The position numbers were made by a program, and so were the translations under genes. The notes beneath the pieces were generated by a model. That model ran no database searches and was not told the DNA's origin. It saw nothing but the letters and a program-made list of their open reading frames with translations. From assembly GCA_963706575.1 (NCBI GenBank), contig CAVPNL010000015.1:465518-529517 (forward strand): DNA of 64,000 bases. The letters are read 5' to 3'. Positions 11,050 through 21,160 of the stretch are shown here, in pieces (the stretch's first letter is position 1; each line of letters starts with the position of its first letter). The DNA is from an uncultured delta proteobacterium. GTDB lineage: Bacteria > Desulfobacterota > Desulfobacteria > Desulfobacterales > JAHEIW01.

Positions 11050-11110
11050 AAGCCTTCTTAAAATTAGCAGTTCTTCTTGGAAGATAGAGAAAAAAAGTTC
11101 CAAGGGTGCT

Positions 11111-11243
11111 CTAAAATTAGAAGTGCCTAAAATGACTAAAATGAGCTAAAATGCCTAAAGTTAAGGTTTCGCTCGCGCTCCATCTTTATTTAATATAATA
11201 AAATTCCTCAACTTTAGGCATTTTAGCTCATTTTAAATTTTAG
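11111..11243. repeat. Inverted repeat whose arms are built of short ctaaaatg-type tandem units
   Basis: 30-bp arms 11137-11166 and 11206-11235 with 1 mismatch; ctaaa(at) unit repeated ~5 times on the left side. Confidence 0.75.
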
Positions 11244-11351
11244 TGCATTTGTTGTTATAAGCACCTTTTTTTAGGTTTTAAACTTTTGCATCCGATGTTA
11301 AATGATGCATTTTTGAGATAGGTTCTAATCAGGGAATCAGGGAGGTGCCAG

Positions 11352-12089
11352 ATGGTTAAACAAATTCTCTTTATTGGTTTGCTATGCATATCACTGGAAA
11401 CAGCAGGGTTCGCCGGAAACAATTTTGAGACCGATGTGGTTAAAACCGCCGGAGGCAAGTTGGAAATCACATTCATCGGCCACGGTACCCTGATGTTTAG
11501 CTTTGGCGGTAAAATTATCCATGTTGACCCATTTTCACGCCTGGCAGATTATTCAAAGCTGCCGCAGGCCGACTTGATTCTTTTAACGCATGAACACCGT
11601 GACCATCTCGACTTGAAAGCGCTGGACAACCTGCGAGCAGACAAAACCAAAATCATTCTAACAGAAAATTGCGCCCAACAGGTTAAAGGCGGGATTATTA
11701 TGCAAAACGGTGATGTGAAGACGGTTGATGGGTTGAAAATAGAGGCCGTGCCGGCTTATAATCTCGTACACATGCGCAGTGAGGGGGTTCCTTTTCACCC
11801 AAAAGGCAATGGAAACGGTTATGTGATCACTTTTGGTGATAAAAGAATCTATGTGGCAGGCGATACCGAGAACATTCCTGAAATGAAACAACTTATAGAC
11901 ATTGACTATGCGTTTTTACCGATGAACCTGCCCTACACCATGACACCTGAAATGGTGGCCGACGCCGCAAGGGCATTTAAGCCCAAAGTCCTGTACCCGT
12001 ATCATTACGGCAAAACAGATCCGTCAAAGTTAGTTGAATTAATGAAGGATACGCCGCAAGTCGAAATCCGCATCCGCAAGATGGAGTAG
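11352..12089 (+). CDS. MBL-fold metallo-hydrolase, secreted
   Basis: THEHRDH, AYN...H, YVAGDT and PYHY motifs; signal peptide. Confidence 0.9.
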   Translation: MVKQILFIGLLCISLETAGFAGNNFETDVVKTAGGKLEITFIGHGTLMFSFGGKIIHVDPFSRLADYSKLPQADLILLTHEHRDHLDLKALDNLRADKTKIILTENCAQQVKGGIIMQNGDVKTVDGLKIEAVPAYNLVHMRSEGVPFHPKGNGNGYVITFGDKRIYVAGDTENIPEMKQLIDIDYAFLPMNLPYTMTPEMVADAARAFKPKVLYPYHYGKTDPSKLVELMKDTPQVEIRIRKME

Positions 12090-12255
12090 CTAAGAGAATC
12101 AATCCCGAATTGATCATAATTAAAATGAGAAACAGAGGTAGGATAACGGTTTGGCAGGTATCCTTGATTTTTAGCGGAAAATAGATAACTTTAATAATAC
12201 ACACCGGAATGTGGTTTGTAGAACCCATCTCAAAAATATTCGAGAGGAGACGGAA

Positions 12256-13404
12256 ATGAGCAAATTGTTCGAACCGGGTGAAATTAACGGTATGAAACTG
12301 AATAATCGATTTGTGCGCTCGGCAACCTGGGAGGGAATGGCGGCCGATGACGGATCTTGCACGCCTAAACTCATAAGCCTGATGGCAGAGCTCGCCAGAG
12401 GAGGTGTGGGTTTGATCATCAGCAGTCATTCGTATGTGCAAAAAATCGGGCAGGCCAGCTTCAGGCAGATCGGAATCCATAGCGACGATATGATTCCCGG
12501 GCTAAAAAAGATGACCGCTGCGGTCCACGACCAGCGCGGCAAAATCGTCTGCCAGCTGGCCCATGCCGGTTTTTTTGCCAATACCAAATTGTCCGGCCAA
12601 ACGCCGATGGCCCCATCCAGCGTGGAAGGCATCGCTGAAGGTCCCCGCAAGGAAATGACTCAAGAAGATATTGCGGGGGTTATTAAAGCGTTTGCAAGCG
12701 CAGCCGGCAGGGCGAAAAGCGCCGGCTTTGACGGTGTTCAAATTCATGGCGCCCACGGTTATCTATTGAGCCAATTTATCTCTCCCATGTTCAATCATCG
12801 CACCGATGAATACGGCGGCTCCATCGAAAATCGCGCCAGACTGCCGCTTGCGGTGCTGCAGGCCATTCGGGAGGCCGTCGGAGCCGATTATCCGATTTTA
12901 ATCAAAATAAATTGCAGGGAATTTGTCGACGAAGGGATTCAGCCGGTGGAATTCGTTCAGGTGGGTAAGATGCTGGCAGATGCCGGCATTGATGCCATTG
13001 AAGTCAGCGGTGGTCTTCCGACCAGCCCCAAGGTAAAAGCCAGCCAGTTAGGCATCAACAAAGAAGAAAAAGAAGCCTACTTTCAGGAAGAAGCCAGGGC
13101 ACTCAGGAAACAAACCGACGTCACACTCATTCTGGTGGGCGGCAATCGCTCCTTTCATGTTGTTGACCGCCTGGTCGCTGAAGGCGTGGCTGACTATATT
13201 TCCATGAGCCGACCGCTGATCCGCGAGCCCCATTTGATCAATCGCTGGAAAGCCGGGGATCTGACCAAATCGGCCTGCGTGTCGGACAACATGTGTTTTC
13301 AGCCGGCAATTGAAGGCAAGGGAATCTACTGCGTCACCGAAAAAAGAGAAAGCTCAAAAGAAATTAATTGCCCAGCCGTGAAACTTGCGGGCACTCACAA
13401 TTAG
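12256..13404 (+). CDS. NADH:flavin oxidoreductase (Old Yellow Enzyme family)
   Basis: NRFVRSATWE, QLAHAG, GFDGVQIHGAHGYLLSQF, RTDEYGGSIENRAR; start at ATG 12256 after GAGGAG. Confidence 0.92.
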   Translation: MSKLFEPGEINGMKLNNRFVRSATWEGMAADDGSCTPKLISLMAELARGGVGLIISSHSYVQKIGQASFRQIGIHSDDMIPGLKKMTAAVHDQRGKIVCQLAHAGFFANTKLSGQTPMAPSSVEGIAEGPRKEMTQEDIAGVIKAFASAAGRAKSAGFDGVQIHGAHGYLLSQFISPMFNHRTDEYGGSIENRARLPLAVLQAIREAVGADYPILIKINCREFVDEGIQPVEFVQVGKMLADAGIDAIEVSGGLPTSPKVKASQLGINKEEKEAYFQEEARALRKQTDVTLILVGGNRSFHVVDRLVAEGVADYISMSRPLIREPHLINRWKAGDLTKSACVSDNMCFQPAIEGKGIYCVTEKRESSKEINCPAVKLAGTHN

Positions 13405-13594
13405 CCAGCAGACCTTCGTCTGTGTGTGGAGGCGAGAAAATAGTCGAAATTTGGGTCTGTGGCTAAAAACATTATTCTTCTCATCAACGCCTCATCAGCA
13501 CTTCCAAGTGATTTTTGACCTATCCTTGATTTTAGGTTAACATTAAAGTTTATAATTCAATGTATATCCAACAGACCGATTTGCGCTTTAAGGA

Positions 13595-14092
13595 TTGGTA
13601 CTTTTTAAAATGCACCTTTTGGCTCGACATATAAAATTCTGGGCAATCGCCCTCTGCTTTTTGATGGGTCTCATCCTGGTGCTGGGTAATGTGCCCGTTG
13701 CAACCGCCGATCAAACCCAAGAACAAAAAGCCAGGCAAAAGATGCTCAATTTGGAGGCAGCCAATGCCCTCTGGCGCTTAAAAAGAGCGCTGGAAAAAGA
13801 CGGTTTTTACAGCGGGCGGGTCAGGCTCAATGTCTGGCGGGCGGCTGCCATCGACGCCGGTAAATTCGACCCGAAAAAGTATGAAGAATTTAAACTGCAG
13901 CTCTATGAAAAATCCCTGAATGATTCTTTGAAGTGCTTCGAATATTATATCGAACAGAACAGCCACCACGACGCCAATATGTGCCTGCAAACCTGGAAGA
14001 TGCGCGCCAAAGAAATCGACCGGTTCGATGAACCCACCTACCAGGAGCTTGTCAAACAGCTCAACAGTTTAAAGGAAAAGCAATCCGAATAA
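13595..14092 (+). CDS. Hypothetical secreted helical protein
   Basis: Signal-peptide-like N-terminus; alternative start ATG 13610. Confidence 0.6.
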   Translation: MVLFKMHLLARHIKFWAIALCFLMGLILVLGNVPVATADQTQEQKARQKMLNLEAANALWRLKRALEKDGFYSGRVRLNVWRAAAIDAGKFDPKKYEEFKLQLYEKSLNDSLKCFEYYIEQNSHHDANMCLQTWKMRAKEIDRFDEPTYQELVKQLNSLKEKQSE

Positions 14093-14274
14093 CATTTATT
14101 TGACAATGCCGGCTGCTTTTTAGTATTTTATACCCTGCCTATTTCTCTTCCATTCATTTATTTTATACCCGAAAACAATATGTGATGCCTCGTTGCTGCT
14201 CCGAAAGCGCTTAACGCAACATGCTGCTCCATTGGCGGTAATGTGTCTATCGATATCGTAGGGAGGACTGCGCC

Positions 14275-15069
14275 ATGCGAAATAAAAAAGCCGGTTTCAT
14301 CATTGGTTTTCTATTACTTGCCCTTTTAGGGGCGCTGCTGTCATGCGCCACCGATAAGGCCCCTCTGCAGGTCGAAAACAGCCTTCCGCAAAGCGAGCTT
14401 GAATATTATAATGACGCTTTTGATAAAATGCGCGAAGATCTCTGGGACAGGGCCGGGTATTTGTATCGCGAAGAGCAGGTAAAAAAATTCAGGCAGGCCG
14501 ATTTAGGCTTCGAGAACGGCAAGCTGATCATTCGGACCCAAACCGGCAGTTTCAGCAAAGCCGGGCTTTCATCCAAGTATGCGTTAAGGGGAGATTTCGA
14601 CATCCAGCTTGAGTGCCGGATGGATTTTATAAAAGGCATCTCCAGTATGGATATGGATCAATTGGTTAATCTTGGTGCTTTCGACAAAAGCCTTACGATG
14701 GGAAAAATGAACACCGCGATCATTGGCCTGTCCATGAAAGGGGGATCTGACCAGGTGCACCTCTTTAGCAATTATATTGTAAATGGTAAAAGGAGAGGAG
14801 GAGATTCTCAAAAGATCGGAAATTTTAACGGCACATTCAGAATCCTGAGAAACGGCAAAACCATCAGCACTTTGTATCAAATAAATGGCGCGGCCGAATG
14901 GAACCGCCTGAATACATTTCGCGTAACCGATAATGACATGCTCATCGGTTTTCAGGTGCGGAACTTCTTTGGCAACAGAACCACCATTCAGGCAAGCCAT
15001 TCGATATCAGCAGAGTTTGATAGTTTAAAAATAAATGCTGCCGAGCAAATAATTGAAGAAGAAATCTGA
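14275..15069 (+). CDS. Hypothetical lipoprotein, probably beta-sandwich
   Basis: GGAGG SD; LLSC lipobox; beta-strand-rich sequence. Confidence 0.65.
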   Translation: MRNKKAGFIIGFLLLALLGALLSCATDKAPLQVENSLPQSELEYYNDAFDKMREDLWDRAGYLYREEQVKKFRQADLGFENGKLIIRTQTGSFSKAGLSSKYALRGDFDIQLECRMDFIKGISSMDMDQLVNLGAFDKSLTMGKMNTAIIGLSMKGGSDQVHLFSNYIVNGKRRGGDSQKIGNFNGTFRILRNGKTISTLYQINGAAEWNRLNTFRVTDNDMLIGFQVRNFFGNRTTIQASHSISAEFDSLKINAAEQIIEEEI

Positions 15070-15173
15070 ATTTAGATCTAAGGGCATAAATTGTTTTAAG
15101 TGAGCGCACATCTAACATTCGATACTTAAGAAGGACCTCACACCCAAACAGGAAGACCATTGAGGACAAAATA

Positions 15174-16688
15174 ATGAAATATGTGTTGTTCACACCTGTT
15201 TTCTTATTCTTACTGCAGTTATCCGGCAGCCCTGTTCTGGCATCTGACAGTAATGATTTTTCCGGTGATTGCGATAAGGCCATACACGTATTCTGGAAAG
15301 GTCGCTTGAGGACCGATAAAAATCAGCCTCACCAATACTATCAGGAAGCCATCGACTTATGTCCGGGATACATCCGACCTCATGAATTGCTGGGGAATTT
15401 GTACCGCAAAGAAAACCAGAATGACAAGGCTATCCTATATTTTACAAAGGCGGCCGAATTGGGCACCACCAATTACAAGCTCTATTACCTTTTAGCCAGT
15501 TTGCTGTTTGAAAAAGGCGATCTGGATGAGGCTGACCGCAACATCAAAAAATCATTGAGTATTAGAGCTGATTATCCGAAGGCCGTAAAATTGAACCGGG
15601 AAATTGAAAAGTCCATCGATAAAGAGGGACCCAAGATTATTTTGTATGAACCCTCCACCCGGCGGGGAATGAGAGTTGTTAAAACCTATGAAAATTTAAC
15701 CGTGCGGGGGATTGCCACCGATAAAAGCGGGGTTACCTGGGTAAAAGTCAATCAACTGGAGACCTCGCTGGATGAACACGGAAACTTCCTCAAAGACATC
15801 CCCATTCAGCTGGGAGCAAATACCATCCGGGTGGAGGCCGCCGATTCGCTCGGCAATCGCGCGCATATTTCAATCGATATCGAGGGCGAAAAGTATGTCC
15901 TGCCCCCCCTGACCCGGGTAGAATCCGCCACCCAGCGGCAGGCGCTCTACGGCAAATCCTTTGCCGTGGTTATCGGCATCAATCAATATGAAAAATGGCC
16001 GGGATTGGAATTTGCGGTTGCCGACGCCAACGCCATTAAAAACACGCTTGAAAAAACCGGCTTTGATGACATTACCCTGATCATGGACAAAGACGCCACC
16101 CAGCGGCGGATCCTGACCGAACTTTTCCACAAATTGCCGCAAAAGGTGGACCGCAATGATCGTGTTCTGTTTTACTTTGCCGGCCACGGTCAAACAGAGG
16201 AACTGCCCGGCGGTGGCAAAAAGGGCTACATCATTCCGGCGGATGCCGAAACCGACAGTTACGCCTCAACCGCTGTTTCCATGGAGCAGATTCGAAGCCT
16301 TTCCAGCCGGATTGCGGCCAAACACATATTTTACGTGATGGATTGCTGTTATTCCGGTCTGGGGCTCAACCGCTCAGCTGGAGTGTGGCCGGGCATCAGC
16401 GATTATCTGCGCAAAGTATCTGCGATGCGGGTGGTTCAAATTATTACCGCCGGCGGCCAGGGCGAACAGGTTCAGGAGAGAGAAGGCCACGGATTATTCA
16501 CTTCTTATTTTATAAAAGCCATCGAAGGGCAGGCCGATATCGATAAAGACAACGTGGTCACGGGCACCGAACTGGGGGCCTATCTGCGGCCCACCGTCTC
16601 AAATGCCTCCCGGCAGGCGCAAACCCCGCTGTTCGGCAGGCTGGAGGGCGAGGGCGAGTTTCTCTTTTTTGTCAAAAAAGAAAAATAA
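15174..16688 (+). CDS. Secreted TPR + Ig-like + caspase-family (peptidase C14) protein
   Basis: Signal peptide; TPR-like helices; AVVIGINQY, FYFAGHG (His) and MDCCYSG (Cys) dyad motifs; HGLFT. Confidence 0.88.
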   Translation: MKYVLFTPVFLFLLQLSGSPVLASDSNDFSGDCDKAIHVFWKGRLRTDKNQPHQYYQEAIDLCPGYIRPHELLGNLYRKENQNDKAILYFTKAAELGTTNYKLYYLLASLLFEKGDLDEADRNIKKSLSIRADYPKAVKLNREIEKSIDKEGPKIILYEPSTRRGMRVVKTYENLTVRGIATDKSGVTWVKVNQLETSLDEHGNFLKDIPIQLGANTIRVEAADSLGNRAHISIDIEGEKYVLPPLTRVESATQRQALYGKSFAVVIGINQYEKWPGLEFAVADANAIKNTLEKTGFDDITLIMDKDATQRRILTELFHKLPQKVDRNDRVLFYFAGHGQTEELPGGGKKGYIIPADAETDSYASTAVSMEQIRSLSSRIAAKHIFYVMDCCYSGLGLNRSAGVWPGISDYLRKVSAMRVVQIITAGGQGEQVQEREGHGLFTSYFIKAIEGQADIDKDNVVTGTELGAYLRPTVSNASRQAQTPLFGRLEGEGEFLFFVKKEK

Positions 16689-16722
16689 ATGAGGCGGCGG
16701 GTAGTTCCTGCATGCCAAGCTT

Positions 16723-16915
16723 GTCATTCCCGCCTTCCAGACTGTGTCGTAATTCAAAAAAGCGCTTAAATTCTGCCTGTCATGCCGGACTTGATCCGGC
16801 ATCCAGCACTGTAACACTTTGAAAAAACACTGGATTCCGGGTCAAGCCCGGAATGACAAAAAGGCTCATTTTCCTCGCTTGAAGATTACGACACAGTCTG
16901 CTTCGCGGGAATGAC
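16723..16915. repeat. Nested (three-layer) palindromic/MITE-like element between convergent genes
   Basis: Outer gtcattcccgc/gcgggaatgac (16723/16915); middle perfect 16-bp IR 16738-16753/16885-16900; inner 29-bp imperfect IR 16778-16806/16830-16858. Confidence 0.8.
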
Positions 16916-16971
16916 GGATCTTTGCCCAGAAAACACCCCGACCACTGAGATAACTAAATACTAACTAGAGA

Positions 16972-18057
16972 TTATTGTACGACCATCTTTTCCAGCACGG
17001 CATCCGTAAATTCACGGGTGCCGGACTGCCCGCCGAGATCCGGTGTCAATGCTTTCCCATCTGCGGTAACCGCTTCAATGGCGCCCATCAATGCGTTGGA
17101 AGCATCGTTCTGATCGAAAAAATCCAGCATCATCGCCACCGACCACAATATGGCAATGGGGTTGGCAATCCCCTTTCCGGCGATATCCGGCGCCGAGCCA
17201 TGCACCGGCTCAAACATCGAGGGATAATTTCGTTCCGGATTGAGGTTGGCGGAAGGCGCGATGCCGATACCACCGGCAACAGCCGGGCCCAGGTCGGATA
17301 AAATATCACCAAACAGGTTGCTGGCGACGACCACATCGAACCAGTCCGGGTGCTGGACAAAATGGGCGCTCAGGATATCGATATGGTACTGGTCGACGGT
17401 GATATCCGGATAGTCTTTTGACACAGCTTTCAGGCGCTCATCCCAAAACGGCATGGTGTGGATAATGCCGTTGGATTTGGTGGCCGAAGTCAAATGCTTT
17501 TTCTGCCGGGTTTGCGCCAGCTTAAAGGCGTAACGCAAAATTCGATCCACCCCGTGGCGCGTAAATACCGACTCCTGGATGACGGTTTCCTGATCGGTCC
17601 CCGGATAGAGCCGCCCGCCGATTTGCGAATACTCACCTTCGTTGTTTTCTCTGACGATATAAAAATCTATATCTTCGGCTTTGCGCCCCGCCAGCGGTGA
17701 GCGGATGCCGGGCAACAGCCGCACCGGGCGCAAATTGACATATTGCTGAAAATGACGCCGGATGGGTATCAACAGGCCCCACAGGGAAACATGGTCCGGC
17801 ACCTTGCGGTCCCCGACCGCCCCCAGCAAAATCGCATCAAAACCGCTCAGTTGCTTCAGACCGTCTGCGGGCATCATGACCCCGTGCTTCAGATAGTATT
17901 GGCATCCGTAAGGAAACGCCTCGAATTTAACTTCAAAACCATATTGCGCGGCCAGGGCCTCCAGCACCCGCACCCCTTCGGGGACAACTTCCCGGCCGAT
18001 TCCGTCTCCCGGAATCAGGGCGATATTCAATATTCTATTTGAATTTGTATTTTTCAT
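16972..18057 (-). CDS. ttuC: Tartrate dehydrogenase / D-malate dehydrogenase (decarboxylating)
   Basis: IPGDGIG, VPDHVSLWGLL, RENNEGEYS, SATKSNGI..TMPFWD and MFEPVHGSAPDI motifs of the TDH/DmlA subfamily. Confidence 0.88.
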   Translation of the reverse strand: MKNTNSNRILNIALIPGDGIGREVVPEGVRVLEALAAQYGFEVKFEAFPYGCQYYLKHGVMMPADGLKQLSGFDAILLGAVGDRKVPDHVSLWGLLIPIRRHFQQYVNLRPVRLLPGIRSPLAGRKAEDIDFYIVRENNEGEYSQIGGRLYPGTDQETVIQESVFTRHGVDRILRYAFKLAQTRQKKHLTSATKSNGIIHTMPFWDERLKAVSKDYPDITVDQYHIDILSAHFVQHPDWFDVVVASNLFGDILSDLGPAVAGGIGIAPSANLNPERNYPSMFEPVHGSAPDIAGKGIANPIAILWSVAMMLDFFDQNDASNALMGAIEAVTADGKALTPDLGGQSGTREFTDAVLEKMVVQ

Positions 18058-18064
18058 CTTCTAT

Positions 18065-18895
18065 TCACGCAATTCCCAATATTTGCCGGGCCTCTTGACA
18101 GGTCGCCACCTCGTATCCGATTTGATGAACCAGCGAAACCATTCTGTCTACCAGCTCGGCATTGGTCCGGGCGGCTTTGCCCGGGGCAAAAAATACACTG
18201 TCTTCAAAACCAACGCGCACAACCGAGGCCCCCATGCCGATCGCGGTGGCCAGCAGGGCCAAATCCTGCATGCCGGCATGAATCACGCCCCAGGGCACGT
18301 TCTTTTCGGGCAGCAGGGTTTTCATGAAGAAAAGGGTTTCCGGATTCGCCGGCAATGCCCAGCGCACACCCAGGCAAAAACCAATCGAATACGGCGGTTT
18401 CAGCACCCCTTCCTCAACCAGCTTCATATAGGCGGGAAGCATGCCGGCTGCAAAAATCTCCAGCTCCGGGGCGACCCGGGTTTCCGCCATTCGACCGGCC
18501 CAGTAACGAATATCCTGTACCCGATTGACATAAACATCTTCATCGAAATTGATGGAGCCCATATTCAATGATGCCGTTTCGACCCTTGGATCATCTAAAG
18601 CCACACAGCGCTGTTCCAGGGTCAAATCTGTCAGACCGCCGGTAGACCCCTGAATGACAATTTCTGATGATTGTCGAATGAGATCAAGGGTTGCTGAGAA
18701 ATCAGTTAGATCTTCCGTTTGCTCTCCCTTCTTATCGCGCACATGCATATGGACCATGCTGGCGCCGGCCTTCTCACAGGCGATCACCTGATGGGCGACA
18801 TCTTCCGGGGTTAGGGGATTGATAGACGGTGGCTGCGTTTTTTTACCGGTGGGGGCAACGGCGACGATGATTTTTCGTATTTTGTAATTTTTCAT
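18065..18895 (-). CDS. Beta-keto acid cleavage enzyme (BKACE/DUF849, Kce family)
   Basis: VAPTG, AGASMVHMHVRD, STGG, ASLNMGS, PELEIF, RVGFED. Confidence 0.9.
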   Translation of the reverse strand: MKNYKIRKIIVAVAPTGKKTQPPSINPLTPEDVAHQVIACEKAGASMVHMHVRDKKGEQTEDLTDFSATLDLIRQSSEIVIQGSTGGLTDLTLEQRCVALDDPRVETASLNMGSINFDEDVYVNRVQDIRYWAGRMAETRVAPELEIFAAGMLPAYMKLVEEGVLKPPYSIGFCLGVRWALPANPETLFFMKTLLPEKNVPWGVIHAGMQDLALLATAIGMGASVVRVGFEDSVFFAPGKAARTNAELVDRMVSLVHQIGYEVATCQEARQILGIA

Positions 18896-19085
18896 AAAAA
18901 AATTTCCGGTTCTAGTTGTGGGTTGAAGGCCTACGAATTAAACAAGAATTTTGTAGATTGGAACTTGGCTGCCTGTCAACACATATTCAGTGCCGCACAT
19001 TAACCATGCCCAAATGGGGTTGCTTATGGACATTTTGCAGGATATTAAAACCGGACCGGTTATCTGCGAAGCCGGAGGGGATTGC

Positions 19086-20060
19086 ATGGTAAAGATAATC
19101 TATTCATTCGGTATCATTCTATTGGGGTTGTCACTGGGATATATGACTCAGGTTCTGGTGAGAAGCGACCGGATCAAGTTGCCGATCGACATTGATGCGC
19201 TTCGCAAATTGCTTCAGCGCATTGCCCTGCTGTTTGTTAACCCGATTGCCGTCATCGGTGCGATCTGGGTAGTGAGCTTAGAAAAAGCGACCCTGGTTGC
19301 CCTGCCGTTTATCGGACTTTTTGCACTTCTTGCCGGCGGCGCGATAGCGCTGGGTGTTGCCCGCTTGTTTAAATTGAGCTCTAAAAAAACCGGCAGCCTG
19401 TATGGTTGCGGCGCGTTTACCAATATCGGCTCAATCGGTGCTTTGGTCTGCTTTGTTTTTTTAGGCGAAAAGGGGTTTGCCCTGGTTCTGATATATAAAT
19501 TATTTGAGGAACTCTCCTATTATGTAATCGGGTTTCCCGTTGCCAAATATTACAGCAGCAGTACCAGCGAGGAACGCATCAGAGACCACCTTAAAAACCT
19601 GACCCGGGACCCGTTCATCTTAGTAGCTTTGTCCAGTATTATCGTCGGCGGTTTGTTAAATTTCAGCGGTGTCGACCGACCCGAATTCTACGCAACCATC
19701 ATTACCGTTTTTGTGCCCCTGATGACCATCATGCTGCTGACGTCAATCGGTCTGGCTTTAAGATTCAGAAGGGTTCGTGACTATCTGCGGGAATGTGTTG
19801 CACTTTCCATCATAAAATTTATCTTCATTCCCATACTGGCAACATCTTTGGCATATGTGATGGGTTATGCAAAAATCGATCAGGGCCTGCCGCTAAAGGT
19901 CGTTATGATTCTTTCCTGCATGCCGGTAGCGTTCACCGCCTTGATTCCACCTTCGATTTATGATCTGGACCTGGACCTGGCCAATTCATGCTGGTTTTTT
20001 ACAACCGCATTACTGGTTATTGTATTGCCGATTTTAATTGTAGTCATAAACTGGGTTTAA
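19086..20060 (+). CDS. AEC (auxin-efflux-carrier-like) family membrane transporter
   Basis: ~10 hydrophobic segments; FTNIGSIG and MPVAF motifs; start after GGAGG. Confidence 0.7.
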   Translation: MVKIIYSFGIILLGLSLGYMTQVLVRSDRIKLPIDIDALRKLLQRIALLFVNPIAVIGAIWVVSLEKATLVALPFIGLFALLAGGAIALGVARLFKLSSKKTGSLYGCGAFTNIGSIGALVCFVFLGEKGFALVLIYKLFEELSYYVIGFPVAKYYSSSTSEERIRDHLKNLTRDPFILVALSSIIVGGLLNFSGVDRPEFYATIITVFVPLMTIMLLTSIGLALRFRRVRDYLRECVALSIIKFIFIPILATSLAYVMGYAKIDQGLPLKVVMILSCMPVAFTALIPPSIYDLDLDLANSCWFFTTALLVIVLPILIVVINWV

Positions 20061-20248
20061 ATTCCACGGCAAAATCGTATCTATTCTACCTCGCCAGGTA
20101 TCGGCACAATCACTACCCATCATCCGCATTATCCAAACGTGGCTTTGATCAAAATTTTTATTGAATCCCGATTAAAAATTTGTCGGAAATGATTGTACAT
20201 ATTCCTTATATACTTTAAATCATTATAAATATTTGTATTAAAAACTTC

Positions 20249-20307
20249 TTGACAATATCCTCCGAAACCTGTATTGAATTTTGTATACAAAATGCAAAAT
20301 TCAATAC
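20249..20307 (+). promoter_or_regulatory. Promoter (-35 TTGACA) overlapped by a palindromic GntR/FadR-type operator candidate
   Basis: TTGACA 20249-20254; perfect 13-bp IR 20271-20283/20295-20307; palindrome attttgtatacaaaat 20278-20293. Confidence 0.6.
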
Positions 20308-20425
20308 GCATTTTTGGATTGAGTTACCAATACCTCTCCTCCCTTAATCAATGTCCATTTTCATACTTCTCATTCTCTGAAAATGGATCAAGATTTTCAC
20401 CTCAGGCCTGTGAAAGGATTCGCAG

Positions 20426-21130
20426 ATGAAAAATCTAGGAGCAGCGCACGAAAATCTAGATCAAAAGGCCTATGAAATCATCAAAAACATGATCACCGAG
20501 CGCCAGATTCTGCCCGGAGAAAAAATCCCCCAGGAAAAACTCGCCCAGGAACTCGGTATCAGCCGCACCCCTCTGGTCAGCGCCCTTAAATTTCTGGAAC
20601 ATGAAAAATTAGTAGAGTCCAAACCCCGCCGCGGGTATTTTGTGCGGCTATTTTCCAAACAGGAGATGGTCAGTATATTTGAACTGCGCGAAGTTTTGGA
20701 AGGCCTGGCAGCCAAACGGGCAGCCGCCAACATCACCGACAAAGAAATTGAGATCTTGAACGGTTTTTTCAGGCCTTTTGCAGAATCCGCAAACATCACC
20801 GATTTTAGAGCATATGCCAAAGAAGACCGTCGGTTTCACAACTTTATTACCGAAATCGGCGCCCAGGAATTCTTAAAAAGCATATTGCAAACCTACAACT
20901 TTATTACCGCCAGTTATCAGTACCTGTCTTCCGAAGGATTGGTAAGACCGCCCAATGAGACCATTGAAGAACATCTGGCCGTCATAAATGCCATCGGAGG
21001 CAGGGATCCGGATGCAGCTGAAGCGCTGATGCGCCGGCATTTAAATAAGACCATTGTTCACCTCAGACAGGATATTGCAAAAGAAACACAGGGGGTGGAC
21101 GGCGGCAAAATTATCCGACCGTCATTTTAA
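20426..21130 (+). CDS. GntR (FCD) family transcriptional regulator
   Basis: LAQELGISRTP HTH; ELREVLEG; DRRFH; EEH...I. Confidence 0.92.
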   Translation: MKNLGAAHENLDQKAYEIIKNMITERQILPGEKIPQEKLAQELGISRTPLVSALKFLEHEKLVESKPRRGYFVRLFSKQEMVSIFELREVLEGLAAKRAAANITDKEIEILNGFFRPFAESANITDFRAYAKEDRRFHNFITEIGAQEFLKSILQTYNFITASYQYLSSEGLVRPPNETIEEHLAVINAIGGRDPDAAEALMRRHLNKTIVHLRQDIAKETQGVDGGKIIRPSF

Positions 21131-21160
21131 TCCGAAACGCATGCCCTGGAGGATATAAAG

